Shown: positions 16,554-29,363 of the stretch, piece after piece
How positions within the stretch are numbered: position 1 is the stretch's first letter
How the letters are laid out: each line of letters opens with the position of its first letter
Source of the DNA: an uncultured Rhodospirillaceae bacterium
GTDB taxonomy: Bacteria > Pseudomonadota > Alphaproteobacteria > UBA8366 > GCA-2717185
DNA: 64,000 nucleotides
Assembly (NCBI GenBank): GCA_964474755.1
Contig: CAYYUG010000002.1
Location: 3,096-67,095, forward strand
Direction: 5' to 3'
The notes under the pieces: generated by a model
The model's database searches: none
Told to the model about the DNA's origin: nothing
The model's input: only the letters and a program-made list of their open reading frames with translations
Made by a program: the position numbers and the translations under genes

Positions 16554-16718
16554 GTTTTGGTTCCATCGGTCTTTGCTTCATGGGTAATTAATCTTATATT
16601 GCCGCGGCCGAGGTCATAGCGTCGCACTGCAGGCGCATTCTACTTGGTAGGACTGGTTTAAAGTCTGATTACAAAGTTAAGGGTGGGTGCCGCGTAAGCG
16701 GTTGGAGGAGTAGAGTTG

Positions 16719-17084
16719 ATGGACGGCTTATTGCGGGAATATCTACCAGTGCTGATCTTCCTCGCCATCGCCATCGGTATTTCTGCTTCGATGCTCTTGG
16801 CAAGTGGTATTCTGGCCAAACAGAAGCCGGACTCGGAGAAGCTTTCTGCCTACGAATGTGGATTCGAAGCCTTCGATGATGCGCGCAGCCGCTTTGATGT
16901 GCGGTTCTATCTGGTAGCTATCCTTTTCATTATCTTTGATCTTGAAGTTGCCTTCTTGTTTCCCTGGGCGATATCGCTTGGCAGTATTGGGCTCTTTGGC
17001 TTTTGGTCAATGGTGATATTCCTCGGCATCCTAACAATTGGTTTCATCTACGAATGGCGGAAGGGTGCACTCGAATGGGAGTAG
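16719..17084 (+). CDS. nuoA: NADH-quinone oxidoreductase subunit A
   Basis: Three TM segments and the [10 protein letters not shown]...[26 protein letters not shown] motif. First gene of the nuo operon. Confidence 0.95.
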   Translation: MDGLLREYLPVLIFLAIAIGISASMLLASGILAKQKPDSEKLSAYECGFEAFDDARSRFDVRFYLVAILFIIFDLEVAFLFPWAISLGSIGLFGFWSMVIFLGILTIGFIYEWRKGALEWE

Positions 17085-17605
17085 ACAATTCCGTGCTCAG
17101 TGAAGGAGATCATGAGGGCGCAATGCGCCTTGTGAACGACACTTTGGCCGACAAGGGTTTCATCGTTGCGAATGCTGACAAGCTGGTTAATTGGGCCCGC
17201 ACTGGGTCTTTATGGCCGATGACCTTTGGTCTTGCATGCTGCGCCGTCGAAATGATCCATGCATACATGCCGCGATACGATCTCGACCGGTTTGGTATCG
17301 TGCCGCGGGGCAGTCCTCGACAGTCGGATGTGATGATCGTAGCCGGGACTTTGACGAATAAGATGGCGCCGGCCCTCCGCAAGGTCTACGACCAAATGGC
17401 GGAGCCCCGTTGGGTCATTTCAATGGGCTCTTGCGCTAATGGCGGCGGCTATTATCACTATTCTTACGCCGTTGTGCGCGGATGTGATCGTGTCGTTCCG
17501 GTCGATATCTACGTTCCGGGCTGTCCTCCGACAGCGGAAGCACTGGTCTACGGGTTTTTGCAACTGCAAAAAAAGATCAAACGCACCGGCACGATCGCGC
17601 GCTAG
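17075..17605 (+). CDS. nuoB: NADH-quinone oxidoreductase subunit B
   Basis: [24 protein letters not shown] and VPGCPP (N2 cluster ligands). The ATG at 17075 overlaps the nuoA stop. Confidence 0.95.
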   Translation: MGVDNSVLSEGDHEGAMRLVNDTLADKGFIVANADKLVNWARTGSLWPMTFGLACCAVEMIHAYMPRYDLDRFGIVPRGSPRQSDVMIVAGTLTNKMAPALRKVYDQMAEPRWVISMGSCANGGGYYHYSYAVVRGCDRVVPVDIYVPGCPPTAEALVYGFLQLQKKIKRTGTIAR

Positions 17606-17619
17606 GAACGGAAAGGCCT

Positions 17620-18243
17620 ATGGACGACGCCAGCCAAGACGCGCTTGAAGAGTTGGGTGCGCATGTCATCGCAAAGCTCGGTAATGCGGTTGTGGATCAT
17701 AATATTGGCAACGGCGAACTGAACGTTGAGACGACCGGCAATGATGTGGTTCGCGTCATGAAGTTTCTGCGTGATGACGCCAGCTGTCAGTTTAAAAGTT
17801 TGATGGATGTTTGTGGCGTTGACTATCCCGTGCAGGAAAACCGTTTTGAGGTTAACTACAACCTGCTTAGCTACAAGCACAATCAACGGATCCGCATTAA
17901 GGTGCGCACTGACGAAGACACGCCAGTGCCGTCAGTCTCGAGTGTGTTTCCGACGGCCTCTTGGTTCGAGAGGGAATGCTGGGATATGTATGGTGTTTTC
18001 TTCTCCGAACATCCGGATTTGCGGCGCTTACTGACCGACTATGGATTCGAAGGCCACCCGCTGCGAAAGGACTTCCCGCTCACCGGTTATGTGGAGGTGC
18101 GTTACGACGACGAGCAGAAGCGAGTTGTCTACGAACCAGTAAAGCTTACCCAAGCATTTCGGTCCTTTGACTTCCTCAGTCCGTGGGAAGGCATGACGCG
18201 TGAATTGCCAGGCGATGAGAAGGCGGAGGCTGAAGAAGACTGA
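17620..18243 (+). CDS. nuoC: NADH-quinone oxidoreductase subunit C
   Basis: [43 protein letters not shown]. Confidence 0.95.
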   Translation: MDDASQDALEELGAHVIAKLGNAVVDHNIGNGELNVETTGNDVVRVMKFLRDDASCQFKSLMDVCGVDYPVQENRFEVNYNLLSYKHNQRIRIKVRTDEDTPVPSVSSVFPTASWFERECWDMYGVFFSEHPDLRRLLTDYGFEGHPLRKDFPLTGYVEVRYDDEQKRVVYEPVKLTQAFRSFDFLSPWEGMTRELPGDEKAEAEED

Positions 18244-19424
18244 TGGCAGCGGAAGCGGAAATCAAAAACCTGACGCTTAACTTTGGCCCGCAGCATCCGG
18301 CGGCCCACGGCGTGTTGCGTATGGTTATGGAGATGGATGGTGAGATCGTTGAGCGTATAGATCCCCATATTGGCCTGTTACACCGCGGCACTGAGAAGCT
18401 GATCGAGTACAAAACCTATCTCCAGGCGATGCCATATTTTGACCGTCTCGATTATGTCGCCCCTATGTGTCAGGAACACGCGTTTGTGCTGGCTGCGGAG
18501 AAGCTGCTCGGTATTGCGCCACCTCCACGCGGTCAGTACGTCCGGGTGTTGTTTGCCGAGATATCGCGCATCCTCAATCATCTCTTGAATGCACCAGCGT
18601 TGGCGATGGATGTCGGCGCGATGACACCTATGTTGTGGGCCTTTGAGGAACGCGAAAAGCTTATGGAGTTTTACGAGGGCACCTGCGGCGCGAGGTTGCA
18701 CGCTGCGTATTTTCGCGTCGGTGGAGTGCATCAGGACATGCCAGCGGGCATGGGCACCGATATTTTGGCCTGGGCCGGCGAGTTCCCGAAATTCCTTGAC
18801 GATATGGAAACTCTACTTAACGAGAACCGAATTTTTAAGCAGCGGACCGTTGATATCGGCATCGTCTCCGAAGAGGAAGCGATGGCCTGGGGTTTCTCTG
18901 GGCCGATGCTGCGGGCGTCAGGTGTGCCGTGGGATTTGCGCAAGGCACAGCCCTACGACGTATACGACGAGATGAATTTTGATATACCAATTGGCAAGAA
19001 CGGCGACTGCTACGACCGCTATCTAATTCGTGTAGAAGAAATGCGGCAAAGTGTCCGGATTATTAGGCAGTGCATCGAAAATATGCCGGACGGGGCGGTA
19101 ATGACCGAAGATGGCAAACTGGCCCCACCCTCACGTGGCGAAATGAAGCGCTCGATGGAAGCGTTGATCCATCATTTTAAGCTCTACACCGAAGGCTTTC
19201 ACGTCCCGCCCGGCGAAACCTATACCGCAGTCGAAGCGCCAAAGGGTGAATTTGGCGTATACCTCGTCTCCGATGGCACAAATAAGCCCTACCGCTGCAA
19301 AATCCGAGCGCCGGGCTTCGCCCATCTACAGGCGATGGACTATCTCTGTAAGGGCCATATGTTGGCGGATTCGGTGGCTATTTTGGGCGCTATGGATGTC
19401 GTGTTCGGGGAGATTGACCGATGA
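18243..19424 (+). CDS. nuoD: NADH-quinone oxidoreductase subunit D
   Basis: [26 protein letters not shown], and C-terminal [15 protein letters not shown] overlap with nuoC. Confidence 0.97.
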   Translation: MAAEAEIKNLTLNFGPQHPAAHGVLRMVMEMDGEIVERIDPHIGLLHRGTEKLIEYKTYLQAMPYFDRLDYVAPMCQEHAFVLAAEKLLGIAPPPRGQYVRVLFAEISRILNHLLNAPALAMDVGAMTPMLWAFEEREKLMEFYEGTCGARLHAAYFRVGGVHQDMPAGMGTDILAWAGEFPKFLDDMETLLNENRIFKQRTVDIGIVSEEEAMAWGFSGPMLRASGVPWDLRKAQPYDVYDEMNFDIPIGKNGDCYDRYLIRVEEMRQSVRIIRQCIENMPDGAVMTEDGKLAPPSRGEMKRSMEALIHHFKLYTEGFHVPPGETYTAVEAPKGEFGVYLVSDGTNKPYRCKIRAPGFAHLQAMDYLCKGHMLADSVAILGAMDVVFGEIDR

Positions 19425-20011
19425 GCGACAAGTTCGAATTCACACCGGAAAATATGGTGATTGCACAAAAATGCATCGCAAAGTACCCGGAGGGCCGGCA
19501 GGCGAGTGCGGTACTGCCGCTGCTCGATTTGGCGCAACGCCAAAACAACAACTATGCTTCGGATGCTGTGATCGATACGGTGGCTGAACTGCTTGGTATG
19601 GCGCGCATCCGCGTGGTCGAGGTTGCCAGTTTCTACACGATGATCAACACCAAACCGGTCGGTAAATATCTTCTGCAAATCTGCACGACGACGCCGTGCT
19701 GGCTGCGCAATTCTGACGAGGTGGTCGAGGCGGCACGCAGCCATCTTGGCATCGATTACGAACAGACCACCGAAGATGGGCTGTTTACTATGCGCGAGGT
19801 GGAATGCCTTGGTGCGTGTGTCAACGCACCGATCGTTCAGATTAACGACGATATGTTTGAGGATCTCAACGGCTCTCAGTTAATTGCGGTGTTAGATGCC
19901 CTGAAGGCGGGCGAGAAGCCACCGCACGGGCCGCAGATAGAGCGGCAGAAATCTGCCCCGGTCGGCGGACCTCATACGCTTAACGATCTCGACTTCGCAG
20001 AGGCGGACTAA
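19421..20011 (+). CDS. nuoE: NADH-quinone oxidoreductase subunit E
   Basis: Thioredoxin-like [2Fe-2S] motif: [10 protein letters not shown] ... [15 protein letters not shown] overlap with nuoD. Confidence 0.95.
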   Translation: MSDKFEFTPENMVIAQKCIAKYPEGRQASAVLPLLDLAQRQNNNYASDAVIDTVAELLGMARIRVVEVASFYTMINTKPVGKYLLQICTTTPCWLRNSDEVVEAARSHLGIDYEQTTEDGLFTMREVECLGACVNAPIVQINDDMFEDLNGSQLIAVLDALKAGEKPPHGPQIERQKSAPVGGPHTLNDLDFAEAD

Positions 20012-21300
20012 TGCTGCAGGACAAGGATCGAGTTTTTACTAACCTCTACGGCCTATATGACCCGGGACTGGACGCCGCTCGCAAGCGAGGCGACTGGGAC
20101 AACACCAAGGCGATCATAGAGAAAGGCCGTGAGTGGATAGTCGAGGAGATGAAATCCTCTGGCCTGCGTGGCCGCGGCGGCGCCGGCTTCCCAACTGGCT
20201 TAAAATGGTCCTTTATGCCCAAGGAAGAGACCGAAGGTCGGCCGCATTATCTTGTTGTTAATGGCGATGAAAGCGAGCCCGGCACTTGTAAGGACCGCGA
20301 TATTCTGCGCCACGATCCGCACAAGTTGGTCGAAGGCTGTTTAGTGGCTGGCTTCGCGATGGGCGCACACGCGGCTTACGTCTATGTGCGGGGCGAATTT
20401 TACAATGAGGCAGCTGCGCTCGACCTTGCAGTTAACGAAGCTTATGAGGCCGGTCTTCTGGGCCCGGATGCCTGTGGTTCCGGCTGGGCCTTCGACGTCT
20501 ATGTGCATCGTGGCGCCGGCGCGTATATTTGTGGAGAGGAAACCGCGTTGCTGGAGAGCCTGGAGGGCAAAAAAGGCCAACCGCGTCTGAAGCCTCCGTT
20601 CCCGGCGATGTCCGGTCTTTATGGCTGCCCCAGTACCGTCAATAATGTTGAAACGATAGCCGTAGCGCCGACTATTTTGCGCCGCGGTGCCGATTGGTTC
20701 AGCAGTTTCGGCCGTGAAAATAACGTCGGGACGAAGGTCTTCTGTATCTCTGGGCATGTAGAGAAGCCTTGCAATGTCGAAGAGGCGATGTCGATTCCGC
20801 TCAAAGAGTTGCTTGAGAAGCATGCAGGCGGTGTCCGCGGCGGCTGGGATAACCTACTTGCTGTGATCCCAGGTGGCAGTTCGACGCCGATGCTGCCGAA
20901 ATCAATCTGTGAAGATGTGTTGATGGATTTCGATGCGCTGCGGGAGCACAAGTCGGGTCTCGGGACCGCCGGAGTCATTGTCATGGACAAATCGACTGAC
21001 ATCATCAAGGCGATAGCGAGGCTGGCCTATTTCTATAAGCATGAAAGCTGCGGGCAATGCACGCCGTGCCGCGAAGGTACAGGTTGGATGTGGCGCGTGT
21101 TGGAGCGTATGGCCAAGGGCCGGGCGGAGGTAGAAGAGATAGATATGTTGCTCGAAGTTTCGCATCAAATTGAAGGCCACACGATCTGCGCGCTCGGCGA
21201 TGGCGCGGCATGGCCGGTGCAAGGTTTGATCCGACATTTCCGCGACGAGATCGAGAGCCGCATCGTCGGCCGCAAGTCCGTCGCTGTGGCGGCGGAGTAG
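20011..21300 (+). CDS. nuoF: NADH-quinone oxidoreductase subunit F
   Basis: [16 protein letters not shown] (FMN/NADH site) and [12 protein letters not shown] (N3 cluster). Confidence 0.97.
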   Translation: MLQDKDRVFTNLYGLYDPGLDAARKRGDWDNTKAIIEKGREWIVEEMKSSGLRGRGGAGFPTGLKWSFMPKEETEGRPHYLVVNGDESEPGTCKDRDILRHDPHKLVEGCLVAGFAMGAHAAYVYVRGEFYNEAAALDLAVNEAYEAGLLGPDACGSGWAFDVYVHRGAGAYICGEETALLESLEGKKGQPRLKPPFPAMSGLYGCPSTVNNVETIAVAPTILRRGADWFSSFGRENNVGTKVFCISGHVEKPCNVEEAMSIPLKELLEKHAGGVRGGWDNLLAVIPGGSSTPMLPKSICEDVLMDFDALREHKSGLGTAGVIVMDKSTDIIKAIARLAYFYKHESCGQCTPCREGTGWMWRVLERMAKGRAEVEEIDMLLEVSHQIEGHTICALGDGAAWPVQGLIRHFRDEIESRIVGRKSVAVAAE

Positions 21301-21309
21301 GAGCGGGGT

Positions 21310-23376
21310 ATGCCGAACTTAAAGGTAGACGGCGTCGAGTTGGAAGTTCCGGACGGTCTGACTGTTTTACAGGCCTGCGAGATGGCCGGTGCCGAGATTC
21401 CGCGTTTCTGTTATCACGAGCGACTCTCAATCGCCGGTAATTGCCGCATGTGCCTCGTTGAGGTGAAGCCCGGACCACCGAAACCGGCGGCGTCCTGTGC
21501 CTTGCCAGTGGGTGATGGGATGGAGATTTTTACCGACTCCGAAATGGTGCGTAAGGCACGAAACGGCGTAATGGAGTTCCTACTAATTAATCATCCACTC
21601 GACTGCCCGATCTGCGACCAGGGTGGTGAGTGCGACCTGCAAGACCAGGCGATGGCCTTTGGTCATGACGGCAGCCGTTTCGCCGAGAACAAGCGCGCGG
21701 TCGATGATAAGTATATGGGTCCGCTGATTAATACGATCATGACCCGCTGTATCCATTGCACGCGCTGCGTTCGCTTTTCGACGGAAGTCGGCGGCGTTAC
21801 CGACATGGGTATGATCAATCGCGGTGAAAATGCCGAGATCACGACCCTGGGTAAGGCGGTGTCGTCGGAACTTTCAGGTAACGTGATTGATCTCTGCCCG
21901 GTCGGGGCGTTGACCTCAAAACCTTATTCCTTCGTGGCGCGCCCTTGGGAACTGCGCAAGACCGAGACCATCGATGTCATGGATGCTGTTGGTAGCAATA
22001 TTCGTGTCGATGCACGCGGCAACGAAGTGTTGCGCGTTCTTCCGCGTCTCAACGAAGACGTGAACGAAGAATGGATATCCGATAAGACCCGTTTTGCTTG
22101 CGACGGGCTGCGGCGACAGAGGCTAGATCGACCCTATGTCCGGAATGCAGAAGGTAAGCTAGAGGCCGCCGATTGGGACAAGGCTTTCTCGGCGATTGCC
22201 GACCGCTTGAAAGGTGTTAATGGCAGCAAGGTTGCGGCGCTTGCCGGAGATCTGTGTGATGCCGAGTCGATGTTCGCACTTAAGGGCCTGATGACTTCTC
22301 TCGGCTCATTGAACCTGGATTGCCGACAGGATGGTGGCGCGCTCGACCCGTCTTTGCGGGCGTCTTATTTATTCAACAGCGGCATCGCCGGTATAGAAGA
22401 AGCAGATGCCTGTCTAATCATAGGATCTAACCCGCGTTGGGAAGCCCCGCTAGTCAATGCGCGTCTGCGTAAACGCTGGCTACAGGGCGGGTTTAAGGTC
22501 GGCGTGATCGGTCCTTCATATGATTTGACCTACGATGCCGAGTACCTTGGCGCCGGTGGGGAGACGCTCCAACAAATCGCCGACGGCAGCCATGCCTTCA
22601 CCTCAATGCTGAAGGATGCGGAATGTCCGATGCTGATTATAGGCTCGGGTGCGCTTTCCCGTGGTGACGGTGCGGCGGTTCTGGCTGCTGCGCGGCAGGT
22701 CGCCGAGAACACGGGAATGGTCGGTGATAATTGGAACGGTTTCAACGTTCTGCACAGTGCGGCGGCGCGTGTCGGTGGACTGGATATCGGCTTCGTGCCG
22801 GGCGATGACGGCCTCAATACCTTTGGTATCCTCGACAGTGCCGCGTCGGGGGCGATCGAAATCGTCTACCTCTTAGGTGCTGATGAAGTCGATACGAAAA
22901 AACTGGAAAATCCCTTTGTCATCTATCAAGGCCATCATGGCGATGCCGGCGCGCATGTAGCTGATGTCATCCTGCCGGGTGCAGCATACACCGAAAAATC
23001 AGGCACTTATGTGAATACAGAGGGTAGGGTGCAGCAGGGGCAGGTGGCCGCCTTTCCACCAGGTGACGCCCGCGAAGATTGGACTATCATCCGTGCCCTG
23101 TCGGGTGTGATCGGAAAGGCGCTGCCCTTCGACAGCCTGTCGGCGCTGCGCAAGCAGATGCAAGAGGCGTGTCCGCACTTCACGCGTCTCGACGACCCGG
23201 AAAAGGCGAATTGGGGTGAATTTGGCGATGTTGGTGCGATGGATGCGGACCCCTTCAAATCATCAATCTCGAATTTTTATATGACGGACCCGATCAGCCG
23301 CGCCTCGGAGACAATGGCAAAATGCACGCAGGAATTCGTCAACAATGCAGACGGGGCAACCGGCACAAATGGCTGA
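21310..23376 (+). CDS. nuoG: NADH-quinone oxidoreductase subunit G
   Basis: N-terminal 2Fe-2[36 protein letters not shown], and [11 protein letters not shown]. Confidence 0.97.
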   Translation: MPNLKVDGVELEVPDGLTVLQACEMAGAEIPRFCYHERLSIAGNCRMCLVEVKPGPPKPAASCALPVGDGMEIFTDSEMVRKARNGVMEFLLINHPLDCPICDQGGECDLQDQAMAFGHDGSRFAENKRAVDDKYMGPLINTIMTRCIHCTRCVRFSTEVGGVTDMGMINRGENAEITTLGKAVSSELSGNVIDLCPVGALTSKPYSFVARPWELRKTETIDVMDAVGSNIRVDARGNEVLRVLPRLNEDVNEEWISDKTRFACDGLRRQRLDRPYVRNAEGKLEAADWDKAFSAIADRLKGVNGSKVAALAGDLCDAESMFALKGLMTSLGSLNLDCRQDGGALDPSLRASYLFNSGIAGIEEADACLIIGSNPRWEAPLVNARLRKRWLQGGFKVGVIGPSYDLTYDAEYLGAGGETLQQIADGSHAFTSMLKDAECPMLIIGSGALSRGDGAAVLAAARQVAENTGMVGDNWNGFNVLHSAAARVGGLDIGFVPGDDGLNTFGILDSAASGAIEIVYLLGADEVDTKKLENPFVIYQGHHGDAGAHVADVILPGAAYTEKSGTYVNTEGRVQQGQVAAFPPGDAREDWTIIRALSGVIGKALPFDSLSALRKQMQEACPHFTRLDDPEKANWGEFGDVGAMDADPFKSSISNFYMTDPISRASETMAKCTQEFVNNADGATGTNG

Positions 23377-24394
23377 ATTCTGGGACATATACGTTTGGCC
23401 AACGATAGTTATCGTCTTCTACATCCTGCTGATCGTGGCTCCGCTGCTTGGTGGGGTCGCTTATTTGACCTTGGCTGAACGCAAGGTCATTGGATGGATG
23501 CAGTTACGCAAAGGACCGAATGTTGTCGGGCCTTTTGGATTGCTGCAGCCGCTGGCGGACGGCATTAAGCTGATGTTCAAGGAAACGATTATCCCGGCAA
23601 GTTCTAATCGGGGCATGTTCTTCGCTGCACCGATGGTGACGTTTATTTTGGCACTTGTCGCCTGGGCTGTGATTCCATTTGATGCAGGACTTGTTCTTTC
23701 CGATATAAATGTCGGAATTCTTTATCTTTTTGCGATTTCATCGCTTGGTGTTTACGGCATCATTATGGCTGGCTGGGCCTCGAATTCGAAATACGCCTTT
23801 CTTGGCGCGCTGCGCTCAGCCGCTCAAATGGTTTCCTACGAAGTGTCATTGGGCTTTGTCATCATCACTGTGCTGCTATTTGTCGGCTCGCTGAATTTGT
23901 CAGCGATTGTCGAGGCGCAGGCCGGCGGATTCTGGAACTGGCATTTCTGCGGCATCCTGTTCCCAATGGCGATCATCTTCTTCGTCTCGACACTGGCGGA
24001 AACCAACCGTGCTCCTTTCGACCTACCTGAAGCGGAGGCAGAGCTGGTTTCTGGTTACAACGTCGAATATTCGGCGATGACCTTTGGAATGTTCTTCTTA
24101 GGCGAATACGCAAACATGATCCTGATGTCAGCGATGACCTCGATCCTGTTTCTCGGCGGTTGGATGGCGCCGCTAGATTTTGCGCCGTTTAACTGGATCC
24201 CGGGACCAATCTGGTTTGCTGGCAAGATCGCATTTTGTCTGTTTATTTTCCTTTGGGTAAGGGCGACTTTCCCGCGCTACCGCTACGATCAGTTGATGCG
24301 CCTTGGTTGGAAGGTATTTCTGCCGATCTCGCTTCTCTGGGTCATTGTGGTCGCAGGCTGGTTGTTCGCGCTGGGCAAAGTCCCGGGCGCGTGA
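23369..24394 (+). CDS. nuoH: NADH-quinone oxidoreductase subunit H
   Basis: [42 protein letters not shown]. The ATG at 23369 overlaps the nuoG stop. Confidence 0.95.
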   Translation: MAEFWDIYVWPTIVIVFYILLIVAPLLGGVAYLTLAERKVIGWMQLRKGPNVVGPFGLLQPLADGIKLMFKETIIPASSNRGMFFAAPMVTFILALVAWAVIPFDAGLVLSDINVGILYLFAISSLGVYGIIMAGWASNSKYAFLGALRSAAQMVSYEVSLGFVIITVLLFVGSLNLSAIVEAQAGGFWNWHFCGILFPMAIIFFVSTLAETNRAPFDLPEAEAELVSGYNVEYSAMTFGMFFLGEYANMILMSAMTSILFLGGWMAPLDFAPFNWIPGPIWFAGKIAFCLFIFLWVRATFPRYRYDQLMRLGWKVFLPISLLWVIVVAGWLFALGKVPGA

Positions 24395-24416
24395 GTAATT
24401 TTGTGAGGGATGTAAC

Positions 24417-24905
24417 ATGGCGCTGCTAGAACGCACGGTAAAAGGTATGTTGCTCGCCGAGCTTGTGCAGGGCATGACCCTGACCTTACGCTCGATGTTC
24501 CGGCAGAAGCATACAATCAACTATCCTTACGAGAAGGGGCCGATTTCGCCGCGCTTCCGCGGCGAGCACGCCTTGCGCCGCTATCCAAATGGCGAGGAGC
24601 GTTGTATCGCCTGCAAGCTTTGCGAGGCAGTTTGTCCAGCGCAGGCGATTACGATTGAGGCGGAGCCGCGCGAGGACGGTAGTCGACGTACCACGCGTTA
24701 TGACATCGACATGACGAAATGCATCTATTGCGGGTTCTGTCAGGAAGCCTGTCCCGTAGATGCAATCGTTGAGGGGCCAAACTTCGAGTTCGCGACGGAG
24801 ACCCGCGAAGAACTCTTCTACGACAAGGATAAACTTTTGGCTAATGGTGAACGCTGGGAAGCAGAGATTGCCTCGAATATTGAACAGGATCTGCCGTATC
24901 GATAA
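24417..24905 (+). CDS. nuoI: NADH-quinone oxidoreductase subunit I
   Basis: Two 4Fe-4S motifs: [12 protein letters not shown] and [12 protein letters not shown]. Confidence 0.97.
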   Translation: MALLERTVKGMLLAELVQGMTLTLRSMFRQKHTINYPYEKGPISPRFRGEHALRRYPNGEERCIACKLCEAVCPAQAITIEAEPREDGSRRTTRYDIDMTKCIYCGFCQEACPVDAIVEGPNFEFATETREELFYDKDKLLANGERWEAEIASNIEQDLPYR

Positions 24906-24943
24906 TCACGGCACGCTTGTGAGGGCATGCGGGAGGGGACTAT

Positions 24944-25558
24944 ATGATCATTCAAGCCTTGGCGTTCTATCTTTTCGCGTTCGTGACGGTGGCTGCGGGT
25001 GTACTGGTGATCGCTTCCCGCAATCCGGTTCACTCTGTGCTATTCCTGATCCTCGCCTTCTTCAACAGTGCTGGACTATTCGTGCTCATGGGGGCCGAGT
25101 TTCTGGCGATGATACTGGTCATAGTCTACGTTGGCGCAGTTGCGGTGTTGTTTCTGTTCGTTGTTATGATGTTGGACATCAACTTCGTCGAATTGCGCAG
25201 TGGCTTTGCGCAATATCTGCCGATTGGCGCGCTGGTCGGGCTTATCTTGTTAGCTGAGCTTTTGGTTGTCGGCAGCGGCTGGGTTGTTATTCCAGAGGTG
25301 GAGAGCTTGGCCTCAGCGCCGATCCCACCAATCGACCAAGTGACCAATACAGAAGCGATCGGCCGACTGATCTACACCAAATATATTTACCTCTTCCAGG
25401 CCGCCGGTCTCGTGTTGCTGGTTGCGATGATCGGCGCCATCGTGTTGACCTTGAGATCGCGAGCGGGCGTGCGCAAACAGCGCATAAGCGATCAGGTTGC
25501 ACGCCGTCCAGAGGATGCGATCGAGGTCGTTAAGGTGACGGTGGGGTCCGGGATCTGA
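24944..25558 (+). CDS. nuoJ: NADH-quinone oxidoreductase subunit J
   Basis: Five hydrophobic segments, [18 protein letters not shown], and position in the operon. Confidence 0.92.
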   Translation: MIIQALAFYLFAFVTVAAGVLVIASRNPVHSVLFLILAFFNSAGLFVLMGAEFLAMILVIVYVGAVAVLFLFVVMMLDINFVELRSGFAQYLPIGALVGLILLAELLVVGSGWVVIPEVESLASAPIPPIDQVTNTEAIGRLIYTKYIYLFQAAGLVLLVAMIGAIVLTLRSRAGVRKQRISDQVARRPEDAIEVVKVTVGSGI

Positions 25559-25559
25559 A

Positions 25560-25871
25560 ATGTTAGAAATCGGCCTCGCACACTATCTGACAGTCGCTGC
25601 AATCCTATTCACGCTTGGCCTGTTTGGGATTTTTCTGAACCGTAAGAATGTAATCATCATCCTAATGTCAATCGAGTTGATGCTACTGGCGGTCAATATC
25701 AATCTTGTCGCGTTCTCAACACATCTTGGCGATTTGATGGGACAAATTTTCGCGATGTTCATTCTCACCGTTGCGGCGGCGGAGGCAGCGATAGGTCTGG
25801 CGATCCTCGTCGTCTATTACCGCAACCGCGGTTCAATTGCGGTTGAGGATATCAATGTGATGAAGGGTTAG
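25560..25871 (+). CDS. nuoK: NADH-quinone oxidoreductase subunit K
   Basis: 103-aa three-TM protein: [18 protein letters not shown] ... [15 protein letters not shown]. Confidence 0.95.
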   Translation: MLEIGLAHYLTVAAILFTLGLFGIFLNRKNVIIILMSIELMLLAVNINLVAFSTHLGDLMGQIFAMFILTVAAAEAAIGLAILVVYYRNRGSIAVEDINVMKG

Positions 25872-25876
25872 GCGGT

Positions 25877-27823
25877 ATGGAAGCTGCGGTCGTATTGCTG
25901 CCGTTGCTGGGCGCGTTCATCGCCGGCTTTTTCGGGCGGATGATCGGCGACAAAGCGTCGATGATTATCACTTGCTCTTTCTTGGTGATCTCGGCGCTGA
26001 TCTCCTGGTACCTGTTCTTTGTCGTGGCTCTGGGGGCCGATCCGCGAACGGTAGTTCTGTTCGAATGGGTGACGTCGGGCGACCTCGAGTTTTTCTGGTC
26101 GCTGAAGGTCGATACGCTCACGGCTGTGATGCTGGTCGTCGTGACTACGGTATCGGCCGTGGTGCATATTTATTCGGTCGGCTATATGCATCATGACGAT
26201 GCTATCCCACGTTTTTTCGCCTATCTCAGTTTGTTCACCTTCAGCATGTTGATGCTGGTGACAGCGGATAATCTTGTGCAGCTGTTCTTTGGTTGGGAGG
26301 GCGTCGGCTTGTGCTCCTACCTACTGATTGGCTTTTGGTATAAACGGCCTTCGGCAAACGCGGCGGCGATTAAGGCATTTCTGGTCAATCGGGTCGGCGA
26401 TATCGGCTTTGCGCTTGGCATTTTCGCGATCTTTGTGCTGTTTGGCACAGTGCAACTCGACGCAATATTCGCGGCGGCGGCTAGTAAAGGGGAAGCAACG
26501 CTGGTGTTCCTAAATATGGAATTCCATGCGCTGACCATAACCTGTCTGCTGCTGTTTATCGGTGCGATGGGCAAGTCGGCACAAATCGGCCTGCACACTT
26601 GGCTGCCGGATGCGATGGAGGGCCCGACGCCGGTCTCCGCTTTGATCCACGCCGCCACGATGGTGACCGCGGGCGTGTTTATGGTGGTACGGTTGTCGCC
26701 CTTGTTCGAGCAGTCTGAGACAGCATTGATGGTGGTGACCATTGTCGGTGCTTCGACTGCCTTCATGGCCGCTACAATTGGCCTGACGCAATACGATATT
26801 AAACGTGTCATCGCTTACTCAACCTGTTCCCAATTGGGCTACATGTTTTTCGCGGCGGGTGTATCGGCTTATCCGGCGGCGATATTCCACCTAATGACCC
26901 ACGCCTTCTTCAAGGCGCTGCTCTTTCTCGGTTCCGGCTCGGTGATCCACGCGATGTCGGGTGAACAAGATATGCGCAATATGGGAGGATTAGCGAAGCT
27001 GATCCCCGTTACATATGGGCTAATGCTGCTTGGGAGTCTGGCGCTTGCGGGTATCGGTATTCCGGGTACACTCGTTGGCTTTGCGGGCTTCCAGTCCAAG
27101 GACATAATCCTCGAGTCTGCGTTTGCCGCAGGTAGCGGGGTGGGCTTTTACGCATTCTGGCTTGGCATTGCGGCCGCCTTTATGACTGCGTTCTATTCCT
27201 GCCGTCTATTGTTCATGACATTTTTTGGTAAGCCACGCTGCGACGAGAAGACACTGGCGCATGTTCACGAGTCGCCGCCTGTTATGATCTGGCCTCTATA
27301 CTTATTGGCGCTCGGTGCCATCGTAGCTGGCGCTGCCGGTTTTTACCATTTTGTTGGCGGCGGCCTGACCGAATTCTGGGGCGACTCGATCTTGATGCTG
27401 CCCGAGCACAACGCACTCGCAGGGGCCCACAACGTGCCGTTCTGGGTGAAAGCACTACCGCTTGGCATGGCGATCCTGGGCATCGGCCTCGCCTACTACA
27501 TGTACGTCGTGAAAAAGGATCTGCCAGCGGAGTGGGCAGCGCAGTTGAGGCCGCTCTACTTGTTGTCATTCAACAAGTGGTACTTTGATGAGATTTACGA
27601 TCGACTGTTGGTCCGTCCATCTTTCTATCTCGGTCGAGGGTTCTGGAAGTCCGGCGATGGTGCTGTGATCGATGGTGTCGGTCCTGATGGCGTCGCTGCG
27701 ACGACTATCCGGGCCTCAAAGCGAGCTAGTGCGCTGCAGAGTGGGTATCTCTATCACTACGCCTTCGCAATGCTAATTGGTGTGGTGATCCTCGTTACAT
27801 ACTATTTCCTCACTAAGGCCTGA
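25877..27823 (+). CDS. nuoL: NADH-quinone oxidoreductase subunit L
   Basis: Antiporter-like subunit: [50 protein letters not shown]. 648 aa. Confidence 0.97.
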   Translation: MEAAVVLLPLLGAFIAGFFGRMIGDKASMIITCSFLVISALISWYLFFVVALGADPRTVVLFEWVTSGDLEFFWSLKVDTLTAVMLVVVTTVSAVVHIYSVGYMHHDDAIPRFFAYLSLFTFSMLMLVTADNLVQLFFGWEGVGLCSYLLIGFWYKRPSANAAAIKAFLVNRVGDIGFALGIFAIFVLFGTVQLDAIFAAAASKGEATLVFLNMEFHALTITCLLLFIGAMGKSAQIGLHTWLPDAMEGPTPVSALIHAATMVTAGVFMVVRLSPLFEQSETALMVVTIVGASTAFMAATIGLTQYDIKRVIAYSTCSQLGYMFFAAGVSAYPAAIFHLMTHAFFKALLFLGSGSVIHAMSGEQDMRNMGGLAKLIPVTYGLMLLGSLALAGIGIPGTLVGFAGFQSKDIILESAFAAGSGVGFYAFWLGIAAAFMTAFYSCRLLFMTFFGKPRCDEKTLAHVHESPPVMIWPLYLLALGAIVAGAAGFYHFVGGGLTEFWGDSILMLPEHNALAGAHNVPFWVKALPLGMAILGIGLAYYMYVVKKDLPAEWAAQLRPLYLLSFNKWYFDEIYDRLLVRPSFYLGRGFWKSGDGAVIDGVGPDGVAATTIRASKRASALQSGYLYHYAFAMLIGVVILVTYYFLTKA

Positions 27824-27827
27824 TGCG

Positions 27828-29351
27828 ATGACTGATTTTCCGCTTCTGTCCTTCGTGACCTTCTTGCCGCTAGCCGGTGCGATAATGATCCTGCTGTTCG
27901 TGCGGGGCGGAGCGGAAGATGTCGCGCGCAATTCGAGGTGGGGGGCGTTCTGGGTCTCGCTGGTCACGTTCTTCGCGTCGCTGGTTCTGTGGTTTGAGTT
28001 TGAGACCGGCACGGCGGACTTCCAGTTTGTTGAGCAGCATGATTGGCTGCCTGCATACAAGATTGGTTATCAGATGGGCGTCGACGGGATCTCGGTGTTC
28101 TTTGTGCTTCTGTCGACCCTGCTTACGCCAATTTGTATATTGGCAAGTTGGACTGCCATCCAGGAGCGAGTGAAAGAATTTATGATCGCTTTCCTTGTTC
28201 TCGAGACGATGATGGTTGGCATGTTTTGCGCCCTGGACTTCGTGGTGTTCTACATTTTCTTCGAGGCGGTGCTGATCCCGATGTTCCTAATTATAGGCGT
28301 CTGGGGCGGGCCGCGCCGGGTCTATGCGGCGTTTAAGTTCTTCTTGTATACCTTACTGGGGTCGGTGCTGATGCTGCTGGCGATCATCGCTATGTATATC
28401 GTCGCTGGCTCTACAGATGTCCCGACCTTAATGCAGTTTAAGTTTGACCCGTCGCTGCAGACATGGTTGTGGCTAGCTTTCTTCGCGTCGTTTGCGGTGA
28501 AGGTGCCGATGTGGCCAGTGCATACCTGGCTGCCGGATGCCCATGTCGAGGCTCCAACGGCGGGTTCAGTGATCTTGGCTGGTGTATTGCTGAAGATGGG
28601 CGCATATGGCTTCCTGCGTTTCTCGCTGCCGATGTTGCCGGTTGCCTCGGAGTTTTTCACACCGCTGGTCTTCACCTTGAGCGTCGTCGCTGTGATTTAC
28701 ACATCTTTGGTCGCTCTGGCTCAGGAGGATATGAAGAAGCTGATTGCATATTCATCAGTAGCGCACATGGGCTTTGTCACGGTTGGCATCTTTGCCGTTA
28801 ATCAGCAGGCGGTTGAGGGCGCGATCATCCAGATGCTTAGCCACGGATTTGTCTCTGGCGCACTCTTCCTGTGCGTAGGTGTCGTTTATGACCGAATTCA
28901 TTCGCGTGAGATTGCGCGCTATGGCGGACTTGTCAACCGAATGCCTAAATACGCGTTCGTTTTCATGTTGTTCATGCTGGCCTCTGTCGGTCTGCCAGGA
29001 ACGAGCGGCTTTGTTGGCGAATTTCTGATCATGTTGGGTGCTTTCGAGGTTAGTACCTGGGTTGCATTCCTGATCGCGACCGGCATGGTGCTTGGGGCTG
29101 CCTACATGCTCTACCTCTATCGCAGGATTATCTTTGGTGACCTTACGAAGGACGACCTGAAAGCTATTCTCGATCTGAATGGGCGCGAAGTCGCGATCTT
29201 TGCGCCATTGGTTGTTCTGGTCCTGTGGATGGGCATCTATCCGGCGCCGTTTCTTGATATGATTTCCGCATCGGTTACAAACCTAGTCGACAATTACCAT
29301 GGTGCCCTCGCTGCGGTTGAGACTGGTGCCGCCTTGGCAGCATACCAATAG
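27828..29351 (+). CDS. nuoM: NADH-quinone oxidoreductase subunit M
   Basis: [37 protein letters not shown]; antiporter-like. Confidence 0.97.
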   Translation: MTDFPLLSFVTFLPLAGAIMILLFVRGGAEDVARNSRWGAFWVSLVTFFASLVLWFEFETGTADFQFVEQHDWLPAYKIGYQMGVDGISVFFVLLSTLLTPICILASWTAIQERVKEFMIAFLVLETMMVGMFCALDFVVFYIFFEAVLIPMFLIIGVWGGPRRVYAAFKFFLYTLLGSVLMLLAIIAMYIVAGSTDVPTLMQFKFDPSLQTWLWLAFFASFAVKVPMWPVHTWLPDAHVEAPTAGSVILAGVLLKMGAYGFLRFSLPMLPVASEFFTPLVFTLSVVAVIYTSLVALAQEDMKKLIAYSSVAHMGFVTVGIFAVNQQAVEGAIIQMLSHGFVSGALFLCVGVVYDRIHSREIARYGGLVNRMPKYAFVFMLFMLASVGLPGTSGFVGEFLIMLGAFEVSTWVAFLIATGMVLGAAYMLYLYRRIIFGDLTKDDLKAILDLNGREVAIFAPLVVLVLWMGIYPAPFLDMISASVTNLVDNYHGALAAVETGAALAAYQ

Positions 29352-29363
29352 GGGGCGCATAAG

